The notes under the pieces are model-generated. The model saw only the letters and a program-made list of their open reading frames with translations. It was not told where the DNA came from and made no database searches. A stretch of DNA of 63,914 bases, the filler included, from Octopus bimaculoides (taxonomy: Eukaryota), in the NCBI RefSeq assembly GCF_001194135.2. It is 7 parts of 7 records of this genome, joined end to end, with 100 filler letters (N's around TTAATTAATTAA, not from the genome) between each part and the next. Parts side by side here need not be neighbours in the genome. Positions count along the whole stretch, not along the records: positions 22,917 to 46,814 come from NC_068988.1; 6 more parts are not named here. One strand, given 5' to 3'. A program made the position numbers and the translations under genes. Of the stretch, positions 23,161 to 41,379 are shown piece by piece (the stretch's first letter is position 1; the number at the start of each line of letters is the position of its first letter).

Positions 23161-24619
23161 GTGAAAGCTAAGAACGGAGTCGACTGAATTGTGTCAGTAC
23201 ATGATTGGTACATTTCTTATTGGCCCGATGCAGATGAAGATCGGAATGAACTGCAGTAGGATTTGAAATTAAGCCCTAGTAGAGAGCTGTGAATACTTTC
23301 AAAACGTCCTAAATTACACACTTGCATTCTTGATGAATCATTTATGCCACTCAATATAATGAATATTTTTTATGGTCTAATCAAAAGAGAGGCAGCGCCC
23401 GTGACACTTTTCAATGGCTCAGTGTCTGATGGAAGTAGGGAAAGTATCGTCAAAACAGGCCGTGGCACATATGCATACATCTGAGTTGACTTCACTAAAG
23501 GTAATCCAACGAGCAGGTTTTGGTGTTAAACCGGTTGTCGGTTTGAGTCCTCTCCTCAAGTAACAGAAATAGTGTCCGCAACAGGCTTTCACAGTTTCTG
23601 ACACCAGATTCCACTTACAACGCTTTCTTCAAATCGGAAACTACGGGAAATGTCTGTTACCGAAAATGCCACGCATGCGGAGCAAGCTTCTTAACTGCGC
23701 ATCTCGTTGTCATGCCGTAAAAGTAAAATGTAGAAAGTAAAAAGCAAATCTTTCAACCTTCTTAGAATGAAAAACTTCAAAATAATATTGTCACAGACAA
23801 AATATTGTTTGAATGGGAAACAAAGACTTTTTAATAACATCTGATTGTTGTAATGAAGAACAACTTCTTGAGGAAAACTTCCATAGAAATAAGGAACATG
23901 TTTATCTCTATTGTATATCAACACCTGTGTATATCTTCTCCGGTCGATATTTATTCTTATGGAGCCGATACATTTACTGAATTCATTCATCTGATTGATG
24001 CTATGCATGAAGAAATATCTTAGAAAAAACTACCATAGAAATACGGGTTGGAATATGTTGTATCTAGGAGAGAACAGTGAAAGAGCCTCTCGTTGTAGCA
24101 GGTTGCTAAGTTTTCCATGAAAAAAGTAAATGTACTTTTTGCAATTGTTTGATTGTTGTTATTGTTGTTGTTGTTGTTGTTGTTGTTGTGGTTTCTATTT
24201 TGGGTCAAGAATATGTTCAAGAAGTCATATGTTCTTGAAAAGAAAAGAATGGAGAATAGGTACCTACAGTTTAAGCCGATAGACCAAGAAGTAATAAACA
24301 AAAGTAAAAGCAGAAAAAATTAATAGATGTGCTTGAATGTATGTGGATATGTGTATGTATGTGAGAAAAGAGTGGGTGGGAGTGAAAGAAATCTGATTAT
24401 GATCTATAAATACTGGTAAAGCATTCTCACACGGTAATCGCTGGCCTTTGACGTTGTTGTGCGTGTCTTTCATGATTTGCACAGCGCTTTCCAAAGGAAG
24501 AAAACTCTTAATATATTTATGAAGCCAGGAACAATAATACTACACTTTGATCTTAGCCAATGATGATGATGATGATAACGACGACGACGATGATGATGAT
24601 GCAAGAAAGTGATATCATT

Positions 24620-24950
24620 AGATAGTGGACAGATAATAAACGATGCAAACCCCAAGATGCAGCAGAACGATAGATTACAGGGAAGAGAAATGAGAGAGTG
24701 TCCTCAAAAAGTGCAAGAGAAAGATTAGGAAAGTGATCCAAACAAAACTAGGTTATGTCATCAAGGTAATTAATAAGCGGGCGATATCAGTATTGAGACA
24801 CTCTGCTCCTTTTTTTTTTTTTTTCAGTGAACAAAGATAAAGCTACAGGATCTAGGTAGCTGTCCGCAATGCACAATGCGTAATATTGACAAGCTCTACT
24901 TACCGAGGAAAGGAGCCCGAGGTTTCTTAAATGCAGATACACCATCAGAA
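24620..24950 (+). mobile_element. Degenerate internal fragment of an R4/Dong-type element (post-RT region)
   Basis: Reads KIRKVIQTKL..VIKVINKRAISVLRHSA and DKLYLPRKGARGFLN, matching the equivalent region of the 29.7-33.2 kb element (KLMKSKLSGPNLVKAINT...RLYLPRKEGG). Confidence 0.6.
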
Positions 24951-26784
24951 GAGCGAAACTACATTTGAAAAACCATATTTTATATTTTATCTTTTACTTG
25001 TTTCAGTCATTAGACTGCGGCCACGCTGAAGCACTGCCTTGAACTTTTTTAGTTAAATGAATCGACCCCAGTACTTTTGTTTAAACTGGGACTTATTCTA
25101 TCGGTCTCCTTTGTCAAACCGCTACGCTGCGGGGATACAGATACATCAACACCGGTTGTCAAGCGCTGGGTGAAAGACAAACACAAACACATTTATCGTA
25201 TATAAATATGGAAAAAGCCCTCGCTTGAGACAAAAAGCTGTAAAACACCATAGTCAGCTTAAAGTACCCTCCATCGGGTTGATTCATAGGTATCTCAATC
25301 TGATTTTGTTTTCATAGCACTAGATACCAAAGAGAACTATCAAAAATGTTGGCTAATGGCGCATATCAGCTGCCAGGCCGTGGTAAATTCATTTATTTAT
25401 TTATGCCTTGCGACTTTAAACCGAGATTGTTGTTTTAAATCAGTGTCTGTTGATGAATATTATGAAGAAGATATGAGAGATTCCCTTAACAACAGATTTA
25501 GAAGCTTACTTCAGAGATTACTTAAAAATAGAGAAACCAATTTATATGATACGATAAGCAACAACATTCCAATAGACTCAGATCAATGCTATTCGCTATA
25601 ATTCAGAATTACCATATTTTGATAATATAGCGTCAAAGCTTTTTTTACACGTTGATAGTAATTCTAATGAATCTCTTCATTTGGTTATTATTAGAAAATA
25701 TTATAAATTGATTGTTTTGATAAAATACCCTTTGGTTTGGTAACTGTTTTTCATAGAATAATTTATTACGTTATTACAGCTAACCATCTAAATGTAATGT
25801 TTGCTTATACTAATGATGATGTTGTACGTGAAGCAAGTCTAGAAGAGCATAACAATTTTGATAAGTTTAATGAGGTTATCAAAAACTACCTGTTTTTCTG
25901 TAAATGCGAATATAACATGCAGGATATTCATTTTTCTGAGAAACAAAATTTTTATGTAAATCTAAAACCGTAGCAAGAAAGATTAGTAACATTAAAGAAA
26001 TAATAATAACAACCAAAAGGTTTTTTATCAAAAGGAGAAGAGCACTGGCTTTGACAGTAGCTGGACGTGTTCTTCGCTGCGCTGACCAGTCAGTAGCCGA
26101 AGACACAAAAACACTGATAAATAGCTTTTTAAAAACCGGAACATCTACAATCTCCTGTGGGTATTTTAAAATTTCCCCAAAAATAAGTTTAGAAACTTAC
26201 TTATCTCCATTTTTCTCTGAACGAACATACAAACAATCATCTTTAAAAACTTTAAAGACTTTTAAAAAATTGTAATATTTACAACTTCTGTGAATACCTA
26301 TCCTTTCCCTTTCTCCCTGAATATTCGAAAATATAAACATACTTTTTATTGTAAGAACGCTACAGTTGTCCCTGTCTAGACATACNNNNNNNNNNNNNNN
26401 NNNNNNNNNNNNNNNNNNNNNNNNNNNNNNNNNNNNNNNNNNNNNNNNNNNNNNNNNNNNNNNNNNNNNNNNNNNNNNNNNNNNNNNNNNNNNNNNNNNN
26501 NNNNNNNNNNNNNNNNNNNNNNNNNNNNNNNNNNNNNNNNNNNNNNNNNNNNNNNNNNNNNNNNNNNNNNNNNNNNNNNNNNNNNNNNNNNNNNNNNNNN
26601 NNNNNNNNNNNNNGCAAGAACACTGCAGTTTTCTCTTATTGTTGATCTCCTTCTCACCATCTGCCGAACCTATTTACAGACCTGTGGAATTTGGTCTATT
26701 CACCAAGCTCCTTCTCTTTCTCCTACTATCTACTCCAACCCTCACATATTTATGATTATCTCAAGTACAAGACAAAGGTCAAAA

Positions 26785-26851
<67 letters not shown>

Positions 26852-26852
26852 T

Positions 26853-28585
26853 CTCGTGTCATGACATATTCATGCCTTTGACACGAATCATAGTTTCTTC
26901 CTCCATTTATTTCTGTCTCTCGCAACATTACCCAGGTCTTTCTCACTCTGCACGCTCATTCTCTTCCTCCAGTTGAACGTCTTTATTCGCTGCCTTCTCC
27001 TTGCTCTCCTTCCCACCCGCTCACTCTCCGTCATGTCATCCTCTCTGAGAAAATGATCAACAAATCTCCACTCTCTCTCTCTCTGATAATATCCATCAAC
27101 TGTCTCATCACTTTCATCCTCTTCAACACTTCCACATTCGTCACCCTCTGTATTCACAAGATTCTAAGCATTTTTCTATAAAACCACATTTCTGCTGCTT
27201 TGAATCTCTTCTCTATGACTTTGCTTATCAACCAAGACTCACATCCATACTTTAGCACCGACCAGGTGTAGCGCTTCAATAGTCTTTTCTTGACTTCTAT
27301 TCCAATTCTCTTTGCACAAAAATTGCTCCTCATATCCATGAATGTCTTCTTTGCTAATCCAATTCTGCACCTGCTGTCCTTATCTGACCTTCCATCTGAT
27401 GTTATCCAACTTCCTTGGTATATGAAACTGTCCTTCTGCTCTATCCCAGTTCTATTCACCGTCAAGCAACATGCGGGTACCTGTGCTTTCTCGTCTGGCA
27501 GTTAATCGTCAATCTAAGCTTTTTACTCTCCTCAGTTACGATATCAATCAATCCCTGAAGCTTCTCTTCTGTGTCCGCAAACAAAGCCATATCGTCTGCG
27601 TACCTCAGATTGTTACAATTCCTTTCCCCCAGTTGTAGCCCTGCAATTGTTTTGATCTTGCTTAGAGCTTTCTCACTAAATAGGTTGAATAAATCAGGTG
27701 ACAAAATACAACCCTGCCGGACGCCTTTCTGAATGTCAACCCAGTCGCCTAATTCTCCAAGCACTCTGATGGCTGCTTTCTGGTCCCAATACAAATTTCG
27801 AATCATTCTTAGATCTTTCTCATCAATTTCGAGTTCTTCTATCATTTCACCAACTCTTCATGCTTGACACAGTCAAACGCCTTCACATAGCCAATAAAAC
27901 AGATGTACAAGACATTTTGCTTCTCTATACACTTTTCCACCAACGTCCTCAAGCACGGAATTGCATTTCTCGTCCCCTTTCTTGTTCGATAGCCGAACTG
28001 TTCATCTGATAGGTTTCCCCTAATAGTACCTTTCACTCGATTCAACTCCACTCTCAAAATAATCTTTGTCACATGACTCATTAGGCTTATCATTCTGTGA
28101 TTTTTGCACTCGATTGCTCCAGACGTTTTAAGCAAAGCGATGAAGATTGATTATAGCATTTCTTCAGGAACATCCCCCGAGTTGTTGTAAACATGGTTCG
28201 CTATCTTTGTTATTTTTTGTACTCCAAAACTCTCCAAAGCATTTACTAGTTCAAACGTGATGTTGTCATTTTCCGTCGCATTTCCACTTTTCATCTTGTC
28301 CATAGCCTACTCGACTTCAGCTGTTGTAATCATATGGCCATCCATCGGCTTGCTTATCTCTGGTTTTCTTTCCTTCTATCATTAGCGTAGAGACCTTTGA
28401 TGTAATCGGTGCACCTTCTCTTGACTGCTCGTCATCATCAGAATTGTGCCATATTCGCCTTTAATACAGCCTGTCAGGTTTTCTTCCTCCTAAACGTAGC
28501 CTGTCTAACTTTATCATGCATCATCTGTGCATCTTTCTTTTCCAACTTTTCAATCGCCTCACAACACTCTTCCAGATATTCTTCC

Positions 28586-28621
<36 letters not shown>

Positions 28622-28750
28622 TTTGCACATCTTTCGAATCTCTTTGTTCAATTGTCTGTACATCTCCGCATCATTCTTTGCCGGTCTTCTCTCATCTATC
28701 CTATGAAGTATCTCTTGAGTCATCCACTAATTTTTCGAAATTTTTTCAGT
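26853..28750 (-). mobile_element. 5'-truncated RTE-clade LINE (RT pseudogene) with (GA)n tail
   Basis: CKNHRMISLMSHVTKII, QFGYRTRKGTRNAI, YVKAFDCVKH, GVRQGCILSPDLFN, NNLRYADD, YTWSVLKYGCESW, ARDRNKWRK, with frameshifts. (CT)n at 26786-26852. Confidence 0.92.
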
Positions 28751-28764
28751 TTAATAATACCACA

Positions 28765-29285
28765 CAGTAGTTGGAGCAAAGATAGCATCTCAAGACGGTT
28801 ACAATACCAGTGATTGTAGGATCACTTGAAATGATCAGTAAAGAAACTAAAAGTTAGTTGAGAATAATCCCTGGATTACTATCCATGCAGGAAGTGCAAA
28901 AGATTGTATTAACTGGTACGCCACACGTATTGAGAAGAGTATTGTCGCCGTGAATTTTCTTTCCTTTTTTTTACCCTTTATTTTCTTTGTTTACTTTTAT
29001 ATTTTATATTTTTCTTTTTCTCTGTCCTTCTTCCCCTTTTTTCTATCATATGACTTTGTTAATGAACAATCTGGTGTGATTGTTTTAATGACCAACAAAT
29101 GTATACAATGACTTTCTCTACCCTAAGTGTCAGGAAGGCACTCGGCAAGAAAAGGAAGCAGAATTGACAGATGATAATGAAAGTGATAATAATAATAACA
29201 AAAACAACAATAACAACAACAGCAACAACAACAACAACAACAACAACAATAATAATAATAATAATAATAATAACAACAATAATTA
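28765..29285 (+). mobile_element. 5'-truncated 3' end of a second, different R4/Dong-type element with (CAA/TAA)n tail
   Basis: 28786-28953 translates HLKTVTIPVIVGSLEMISKETKS*LRIIPGLLSMQEVQKIVLTGTPHVLRRVLSP*, the typical REL-domain C-terminus, followed by a T-rich UTR and AAT/AAC repeats. Confidence 0.75.
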
Positions 29286-29659
29286 ACGAAACCCATAACA
29301 AAACCAAGAAAAAGAACGGCAGACGGATAATCATAAATACTATAAAATAGTTGATTTAGGAGTTACACACACACACACACACACACACACACTACTATAC
29401 AACACCCCTCCAAAAACGTACAAGAATAAACTCATACTGTAAATACCCAACAAAATTAACAAAACTTACACGTTCCATAGAAGGCCGATACCCAACAGAA
29501 CACAACCTGCACTACACAAACAACACAAGATTAAAACTAATACAACAGAAGACTCAAACCAAACCCCATAGCAAAACGTACTGGCACATACAATATCCCC
29601 CCGCCGAAAAAATGGAGCACACACCACCCCACAGCACAAAGGTGCAACAATTGATGTAA

Positions 29660-33190
<3,531 letters not shown>

Positions 33191-33956
33191 AACAACAACT
33201 ACGAAACTTTACTGCCTTGCAAAGCACAGTTGTCTCAGTGAAATATGTGCGAAAGATACATGTGAAATCAACATCAGAAAGTTTACAAATTATAAAATAA
33301 AAGTGGAACAAAACAGTAAGTACGCAAATTGATTAATTACGCATACATTCGAATGTCTACACAATCATATATACATTTTAATACCCAATGTTTACACAAC
33401 TACGTGAAATTTACAAGACACATATGCATTTGAAAGCACATGTCACAAACGAAGCAAAGAAAAATAAAACAATTTTTTCGAACTAACACAGAGTGAACAG
33501 TTCATAAGTTTAAAAACAACATGAAAAACTATGCCCGGAGATAAATCTATCTACAAAAAAAATACAGACCAAGGACGAATACAGATCTGTTAACCTTAAG
33601 AATTTACGTTACGAGCAATGTTCTCATTCAGAGAACTCGGAGGCAGAGTTCTCTCACACAGATGATTGCCTTCTACTTGTGCTTCCTCGTCGTCCGTGGC
33701 ACATTTCGGATGACTATCAGTCCAGTTGCAGGTCTACATGGTTTGAAGCATAGATGGCAAACGAAAGTTGTACCTTACAGAGCCAACTGGTCGGGTCTAC
33801 CCGCACCGCCACTTTCGGAGTCTCTGTGATTAGTATCTAGTAACAGGTCGAAGCGACTTGATTATTAATCACGAGAAACAGCAGGTCTTACATCAGAGTG
33901 TCCCTGTCCTAGATAAGAGCCCTACGACCAGATGCAGTTTAAAGTCATACCCAGGA

Positions 33957-33987
<31 letters not shown>

Positions 33988-34204
33988 CTGTAGTCATACG
34001 TGCATGTATAAATATATANNNNNNNNNNNNNNNNNNNNNNNNNNNNNNNNNNNNNNNNNNNNNNNNNNNNNNNNNNNNNNNNNNNNNNNNNNNNNNNNNN
34101 NNNNNNNNNNNNNNNNNNNNNNNNNNNNNNNNNNNNNNNNNNNNNNNNNNNNNNNNNNNNNNNNNNNNNNNNNNNNNNNNNNNNNTATATATATATTATC
34201 GATA

Positions 34205-34900
34205 TATCGTCGTCATCAGCTGGTCACTCGTATCCGAGGATTGATTTCTCCTCCTGGACCAATATTTGGACTATTAATGTCGGTGGTGAAAATCGCTAAC
34301 GAAGTCAATCCTCGCGTAGAAGACGCGATTGCATTGGTCACATGTGAATGTCGGAGTCGGTCGTGGTTGCTGCTGTCTGAGCATCCGTTGCCATTGTCTC
34401 TCCTCTTATTTTTATTCTTTCTCTTTCAAACAATATTATGTTATTGCTTGTTTTATCGATAGTCAGGACGGTTGGTTACGGGCGTTTCAAAATCCGGGTT
34501 TGGGCTCGAAGCTGATCTGCTTCAGTTGATTTTAGTTGATTTTGTAGCGTCGAAGGGGGCCTCCTTTTTGTATTTTCTCGGTTACCAATTTGCTGAAGAG
34601 GATTTGACGAGTGGGTCACTGGTCGTTCATTCTTGTGTCATGACTTGCCCATCGAAAACGATGTTTAATGATTAGAGTTTCCCTGCTTTAAATATTCGCT
34701 CTTTCTGTCACGGAGTTACTGGAGATGTAGTCAAACTACTTGATTTTCAAGAGAGAGCGAAATTTCAGTTGATGAAAGCGTTCGAGTATTTTGATGTGGC
34801 GACGATACAAGGTTCACAACCATATAGACGGGTAGATATAACACTGCAATCTAGTACTGAAATAGTATCTGTACATAATCAGCCACACTAAAGTGGTAAA
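34205..34900 (-). mobile_element. 3' fragment of an RTE-group LINE with C-terminal C2H2-like motif
   Basis: Frameshifted translation LYGCE...HIKILERFHQLKFRSLLKIK...HRFRWASH...GGPLRRYK...FTCDQCNRVFYARID; ends in a GATGACGAC tail. Confidence 0.75.
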
Positions 34901-37900
34901 CACACAACAGATAACCAATCAGTTCCAATGTTTCTGGTAGGGATATATCGACAGAGTTTTACTGAACATTTCAATAATACATTTATGTAAATAGGAAATA
35001 ATATATTAGATTTCCTGCCACTTAAGGATCTGTACAAACCCTACAGGAAGAAAATGATCTATTTAACATGGAGGTTTAACAGTTCATTAAATAAATAGAT
35101 GGCATTTCACCTCAGAGAAGGGGAAAGAAAACAAAGGAAACTGCATTAAACAAAGGTATGTGGCATAAAGTAAAGAAACAGAACAGAAAGAACTGAAGTT
35201 TGAATAATATAATATAACACAAATAACAATTTCTGGAGGCAAATAAGAAAGTGGAGAGAAGTAAAAAATTTATTTGGTAACAAACAAAATATTGATCGGA
35301 GATAAATAATACCGGTATAACTGGATAAAAGTGAGCTAAATCTGTGAAAAAAAAGACAAGAAAACGAAGAAATATAAAGGAAACTATATAGAAATTTTGG
35401 TAATCAAAGAGGTAATATTAAACAAAATTTTATCCAATTTAAAAAAAAGAACCTTCTGATAACGATGTTAAAACATCCTTATATTAGTCGATAAGGGAGA
35501 GAAACAGAGTTAAGGCTGCTTCTTTTCTTCTTATATAATCACTGATTTTGCACTTTAATTTTATTCTACCCTTGTTTTAATGTTTTTGTTTTTATTCTTT
35601 ATATTTATTCTTTGTTCTTTTATTCTTTATTTCTCCCTAATTACACCACACCACCACTACTACCACCATCATCTCCGCCGCTGTCTTTTCTTCAGTTCAA
35701 TATCCTTTTCAATCTTTGATCTTTTTCAGAGTTTCATTCAAAAAATTCTTTTTCGTTTTTTTTTTTTTTTACAGTTCTCTGCCTTTTGTTTTCTCCTTTC
35801 TCTTTCTATTTTTATCAATTTTCTATTTCTACCAACACCGTAATCTCTGTGTATTGCCTTAGTTCCCCTTCTGCTACATCACTGACATATCTTATTCATT
35901 CATCTAGGCACCATTTTGATTCTCAATCCTTTTCTTTCTAATTCTAATTCAAATATTTACATTGTTTTCATTTATTTTTTACCACAGCTCATCTCATTTT
36001 CTAAAAACATCCATAGTTAATTAAATAAAACAAAAATATATAGATAAATAAATAAATAGAGAGCACAGCTCAAATTTAATATGGCTGTTGTTTCATTACC
36101 ATTTGTAACTAATAATTTTATTTTAATGATTTTATTTAGGAAATTTTTTCTCGTCATGAATAATCCACACGGTATTTTAGGTTTGTTTTGGGCAGTAGCT
36201 GAGTTTAACTGAACTTCGTTGAAAAACCGTCTGTTCAATATGGAAACTTCTAAATTAAGTAACCTCTGATAAGTTATTTGCTGCTAATTTTCTATTATAT
36301 TGATTCTATATTAGCTAACAAACTATTTAGGTGACTAGCATTTCTATTGATAAGTGACTACGACTAATATACAATGACTGAAAAAAATCCACCGATTCAC
36401 TAATGGCAATATTTTTAGAAATATGCACTATGACTTGGAAAAGACAACTGTTTTATATAAACATACATTATTACGAGATTATTGTAAAATGAAGATTTAC
36501 TTAAACTCCAAATTTGGTGAGCTTTGTTTTCGCATTTTAACTTGAACATTTTTCTCCTTTTGGTAATACGTCTCCTTCTTCAGACCTTGTTTATGGTTCA
36601 CTACAATACCCATTAGAAATATAGAGTTATAATTATTTTACATGCACAGATAGATACATGAGCATACTCACTGTATGCTTAATATGTATCATTACCCTTC
36701 ATTTTCTGAATAAAAATGTCTAGATGGGCTATTTTCAGTCAAAAGCCATTAGCGTGGTTAACCCAAAAACTGAAGAAAGGACGTTACACAGAATAATGCA
36801 AACATAACCGTAGTGTTGCCATAGTGTGCAAATCAGCAGGGACTCCTAAGCTATTAGCATGGTTCTCGGTGTCTTTCTGACAAATGCAACATATCTGTAT
36901 GGCGAATAGATTTCTATTCTGACTTGGGTTTTTTGTCACAAGTAATAATAAATAATGAATTAACTGATTTATATATATTAACTGGTTTATATATATGACA
37001 AAAACCCAAATTAGAATAGAAATCTATTCGCCATACAAATATGTTGTACTTGTAAGAAAGATAGACACAGAAAGAGACAGATAGAGAGTCAATAATGATA
37101 AAGAGAGAACATTCGACGACAGTTTTATCTTAAAATCCACGCTTAAATAGATTAATTTCTAATTAATTAATTAACCTTTGCTCAAAGTTTTCTGCATATT
37201 AATTTTTTTTACTAACCGATCTTGAGGAGGTGTTTATGACGTGATGTTTACACTAAGGTAGGCAGGACATACACTTAGTCGTCGGTAAGAAGAGATCTTG
37301 TGATTAAAACTAAACCATTGTCGCTATTTGGTTTATAAAAGATAGATTTGTTTTTAAGGATATCGTTCGATCAGTAAGTTGATATTATCAATTATCGTAA
37401 TAACGTTACGACTACAATTCGAAGAGAAATAAACCAACACAGACAATGATAACAACAACAACCAAAGCAACATTTCTCACACAAGATTTACCGAATCAGA
37501 AAACAATATTAAATTAAAGCGAACACGTTTGATAATTTGCTACATGTAGTGTAAATTGCTTTTCACACAATTGGTAAAATAAAATTGTTTATTCGTCACT
37601 ACTGAAGATCTATAACTGTCTTGCTTTGAACAAGATATCGATCCCATCGGATTACACTTTGGCCAGGTTATCAAGAAGCTGGTGTAATCTATAGTATTGT
37701 CTACAGTGTATTGCGGGGTTTTGTTTTATTGGACCCCCGTGGTACTTGATGTCTCAGCATGCCTTATATTAGTTAGACGATACTACATACTGTAGGGCAC
37801 CTGATCTGTTATCTCTATTAGAGGCGGAGTGTTATATCCACGTTCCTTTTCGGGATCTCCCAGACTAGTAAGGGGAAAGGAAGATATTATCTTGAGATTA

Positions 37901-38163
37901 GAAACCTAACCCGAAATACCTGCAATACAATGGATTCCGATAAGGTACCCAATAGCCTTGTAGCGATACTAAACGGACAGGACTCCACAGTTTTGTCCTA
38001 TTAAATCGCTCTGATTCTCGAAGCTTTGTTCTACTCGAGGCTGCAGTATCGCTAAGTGAGATCGAAGCCAATGCCAAGCATTTGTGAAGCAAACTTTTCG
38101 ACTACACATCCATGCACATCCAAGCCTGCACCCATTTCCATTCATGCACATACAAAACACACA

Positions 38164-38246
<83 letters not shown>

Positions 38247-38589
38247 CTTTTAAGTTTTTCGGGGTTTCATATAATGTAGGATAAATAGAATAATAATAAC
38301 AATAATCCTTGGTTGGAATTTATAAACATTTTATGCATCGCTACTCGCATTTCCACAAGTCACATCACTCTTAAGATCACAGTCCGTATTTCTGGGATGA
38401 TTATCGTGTAGTCCGTAGTATCCGTGGCCATCCGGTTAATCGTCATCATTTGATTCATTTCTTCAGGCGATATAACATTAGTTGATGTACAACAGAGGGA
38501 TACTTATCCCTTTTTACCAGTGTAAAAGCGAGTTTTGTTGATATTTCTCTCCACCAAACACACACAGAAATATATATATATATATACAT

Positions 38590-38868
38590 ATATAAACAAA
38601 TAATAAATGAGTATATGCATATATACGTACAGGTGTGTGCATACCTACGTCTACCTATATATATAGGTGCATATCTGGGTACAGGACATTGCAAACAAAA
38701 CGTAGACAAGAAATAATAATAACCAGAGTACAGAAAACACACAAGCCACATAGAGAACATTTTCCTTCATCAGCTACCCCCGTTTTAACACCGGCGTTTC
38801 GAAGAGTTGGGCAGGACGCATCGTTAAAACGGCTCTTCCCATGGACCACAAATTAAATTTGTATATAT
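38590..38868 (-). repeat. (TA)n-flanked non-coding repeat (family F), probably Penelope-like pseudo-LTR derived
   Basis: Shared with 30-140, 13330-13583, 40445-40960, 60960-61190, 61577-61765 and, divergently, 46440-46645. Diagnostic GGTGCATATCTGGGTACAGGAC and CTTCATCAGCT motifs. Confidence 0.75.
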
Positions 38869-39169
38869 ANNNNNNNNNNNNNNNNNNNNNNNNNNNNNNN
38901 NNNNNNNNNNNNNNNNNNNNNNNNNNNNNNNNNNNNNNNNNNNNNNNNNNNNNNNNNNNNNNNNNNNNNNNNNNNNNNNNNNNNNNNNNNNNNNNNNNNN
39001 NNNNNNNNNNNNNNNNNNNNNNNNNNNNNNNNNNNNNNNNNNNNNNNNNNNNNNNNNNNNNNNNNNNNNNNNNNNNNNNNNNNNNNNNNNNNNNNNNNNN
39101 NNNNNNNNNNNNNNNNNNNNNNNNNNNNNNNNNNNNNNNNNNNNNNNNNNNNNNNNNNNNNNNNNNNNN

Positions 39170-39213
<44 letters not shown>

Positions 39214-40213
39214 CAACGTAGTCTCGATATGAGATCTCCTCGTTTACTTTTTATTTACCGATAACCTGAACCTTATCCTCCTGAATATGTTATATTTGAA
39301 TTAATATATTAGTTTTTCCGTTGAGGCACAGCGACACAGATAATAGAAGAGAATATGATGCTATGACGTTCATTGACCTTATTGTGGATCTATTCAACTG
39401 AATTGATACAGTGAAAATTAGTCACAGTTGATATTATCAACGCTAGAGCAACAATAGTTTCATCTCAATGAGTTTTTAAGACAAACTAATGAGGCCCAAA
39501 ATTTTGTAAAGCATACAAATCTTCTTCAACCAGATTCTCTAAGCAGATTGGCCGAATCGGTTGAGTACTTGAAAAAAATGTATTTAATTGCGGTCCAATA
39601 AATGAGGTCAAATCTCACTGCTGTCGATTTTACCTTTCATGCTTCAGGTGTCTCGATAAAAGAACATCCCAATTCAGGATAGGGGTCAATTTAATTGACT
39701 ACATCTTTCTTGCAAAATGTTTGACCTTGTGCCAAAGTTATAAATAAATATTTATTGCAGAAACACAACAGCACAAAATGTCATCGATGCCATTCTCATA
39801 GACATCGGTAACGTAAATAAATGATAACATTTGGGAATACAAACTGTGTCACAGAGTATTCTACATTGATTACCACCTCCACAGAAATCAATATTCATTG
39901 CCGCAAAGTGTCCTTTTTATAATGTTTATTTTTTCTGTTATGATAATGTATTTGTATGCGTGTGTATATGTATGTATGTATGTATGTATGTATAAACGTT
40001 ATTGTGGAGTTTTACTCCGCCTCTGTCTTCTATCACAGAATGACATATTTTCTTGATTATAAAAAGAACAGGGATGATTTGGTGGAGTGTTAGTACTTTC
40101 ATAAGGAAAAAATGACAGTTTTGTTTTTGTAAAATATATAAACACACGTTCCCATTCTCTCTTTCTTTTGCTCTCTAACGCACATACATATTCATATAAA
40201 TAGACACAAAGAT

Positions 40214-40248
<35 letters not shown>

Positions 40249-40381
40249 CACATACACACACACACACACGTGCCTGAGTGTTTGCGTGTGAGCCTGTAGT
40301 TCTAATAGTGCATGTGTGCAAGTATGTGTGCATGTGTGTACATACACACACTGACAGACATGCTTACATACGTACACACAT

Positions 40382-40453
<72 letters not shown>

Positions 40454-41379
40454 AAAAGTAAATGAGTATATGCATATATACGTACAGGTATGTGCATACC
40501 GACATCCACCTGTATGTATAGGTGCATATCTGGGTACAGGACATTGCAAACAAACGTAGACGAGAACACACGAGCCACATAGAGAACATTCTACTTCATC
40601 AGCTNNNNNNNNNNGAATGTAGTGGCGGACGAAAAACAAGACAGGAAAACAAACAGAAGGCTTTACGGCCAGACGAGAAAAATTATGTGTGTATGAACGC
40701 GATGAGGCACGGAACCGAGAGAGACAAAGTGGTAGCGTGTGTTACTTGGCGAAAGCCAAGGAAGGAAAGAATTATTGACCGGAAGCATGTGACCATGCCG
40801 GTGTAAAGGGAAGAGAGAGAGTGGTAGAGGGAGAAAGAGAGGGAGGAAGTAGAAGAATGGTGAGCAACGAGAGACACAACATATGACCACATACGAGATG
40901 CAAAACAAAGTGGAGAAAATACTGCTCGAATGCCAAAGGCAGAGTAAAATAATATTTTATTGAAACTGAAAAGACTTCGCAAAACAGCTTTGAGTATTTA
41001 GAGCATTATTAGAACTCTGAGTAACAGTCTGCGAAGTCTGTATACTGCTTTCTAAATTCAAATGTTAACGTCTTTGCCATCCTTCTCTTTAGAGTCGACA
41101 AAATAAATACCAATTATATATTTATTCATCACCCACCCCATCTCCCTTAAAAAAGCTCTGTGTTGTATCTAATTAAAAGAAAATTCAGCATTGCAATAGA
41201 ATCAATATCACAACAGCTAATGTTGTAATTCACCCGCTGTATTTAATCAAAATAAGTCTAGTCTGCCTCTCTTCTGTTGCTCTGTTTCATATATTTTATA
41301 AAAAAATTTCCATATAGCATGGTCATACCAGCAACCATTGGCAAAGTTTATATATCAGCTGATGAAGGCTAATAACAAA

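Noticed and set aside
23150-24300. Unique-looking sequence with several 50-100 aa ORFs
   Set aside because: Translation of several frames gave no recognisable motif or consistent splice signals.
34900-35110. Possible Penelope GIY-YIG remnant
   Set aside because: Only a vague GRDIST..TEH resemblance; too degraded to support.
37898-38110. Minus-strand ORF with CAG|GTATTT donor-like site
   Set aside because: No convincing acceptor and no recognisable peptide.
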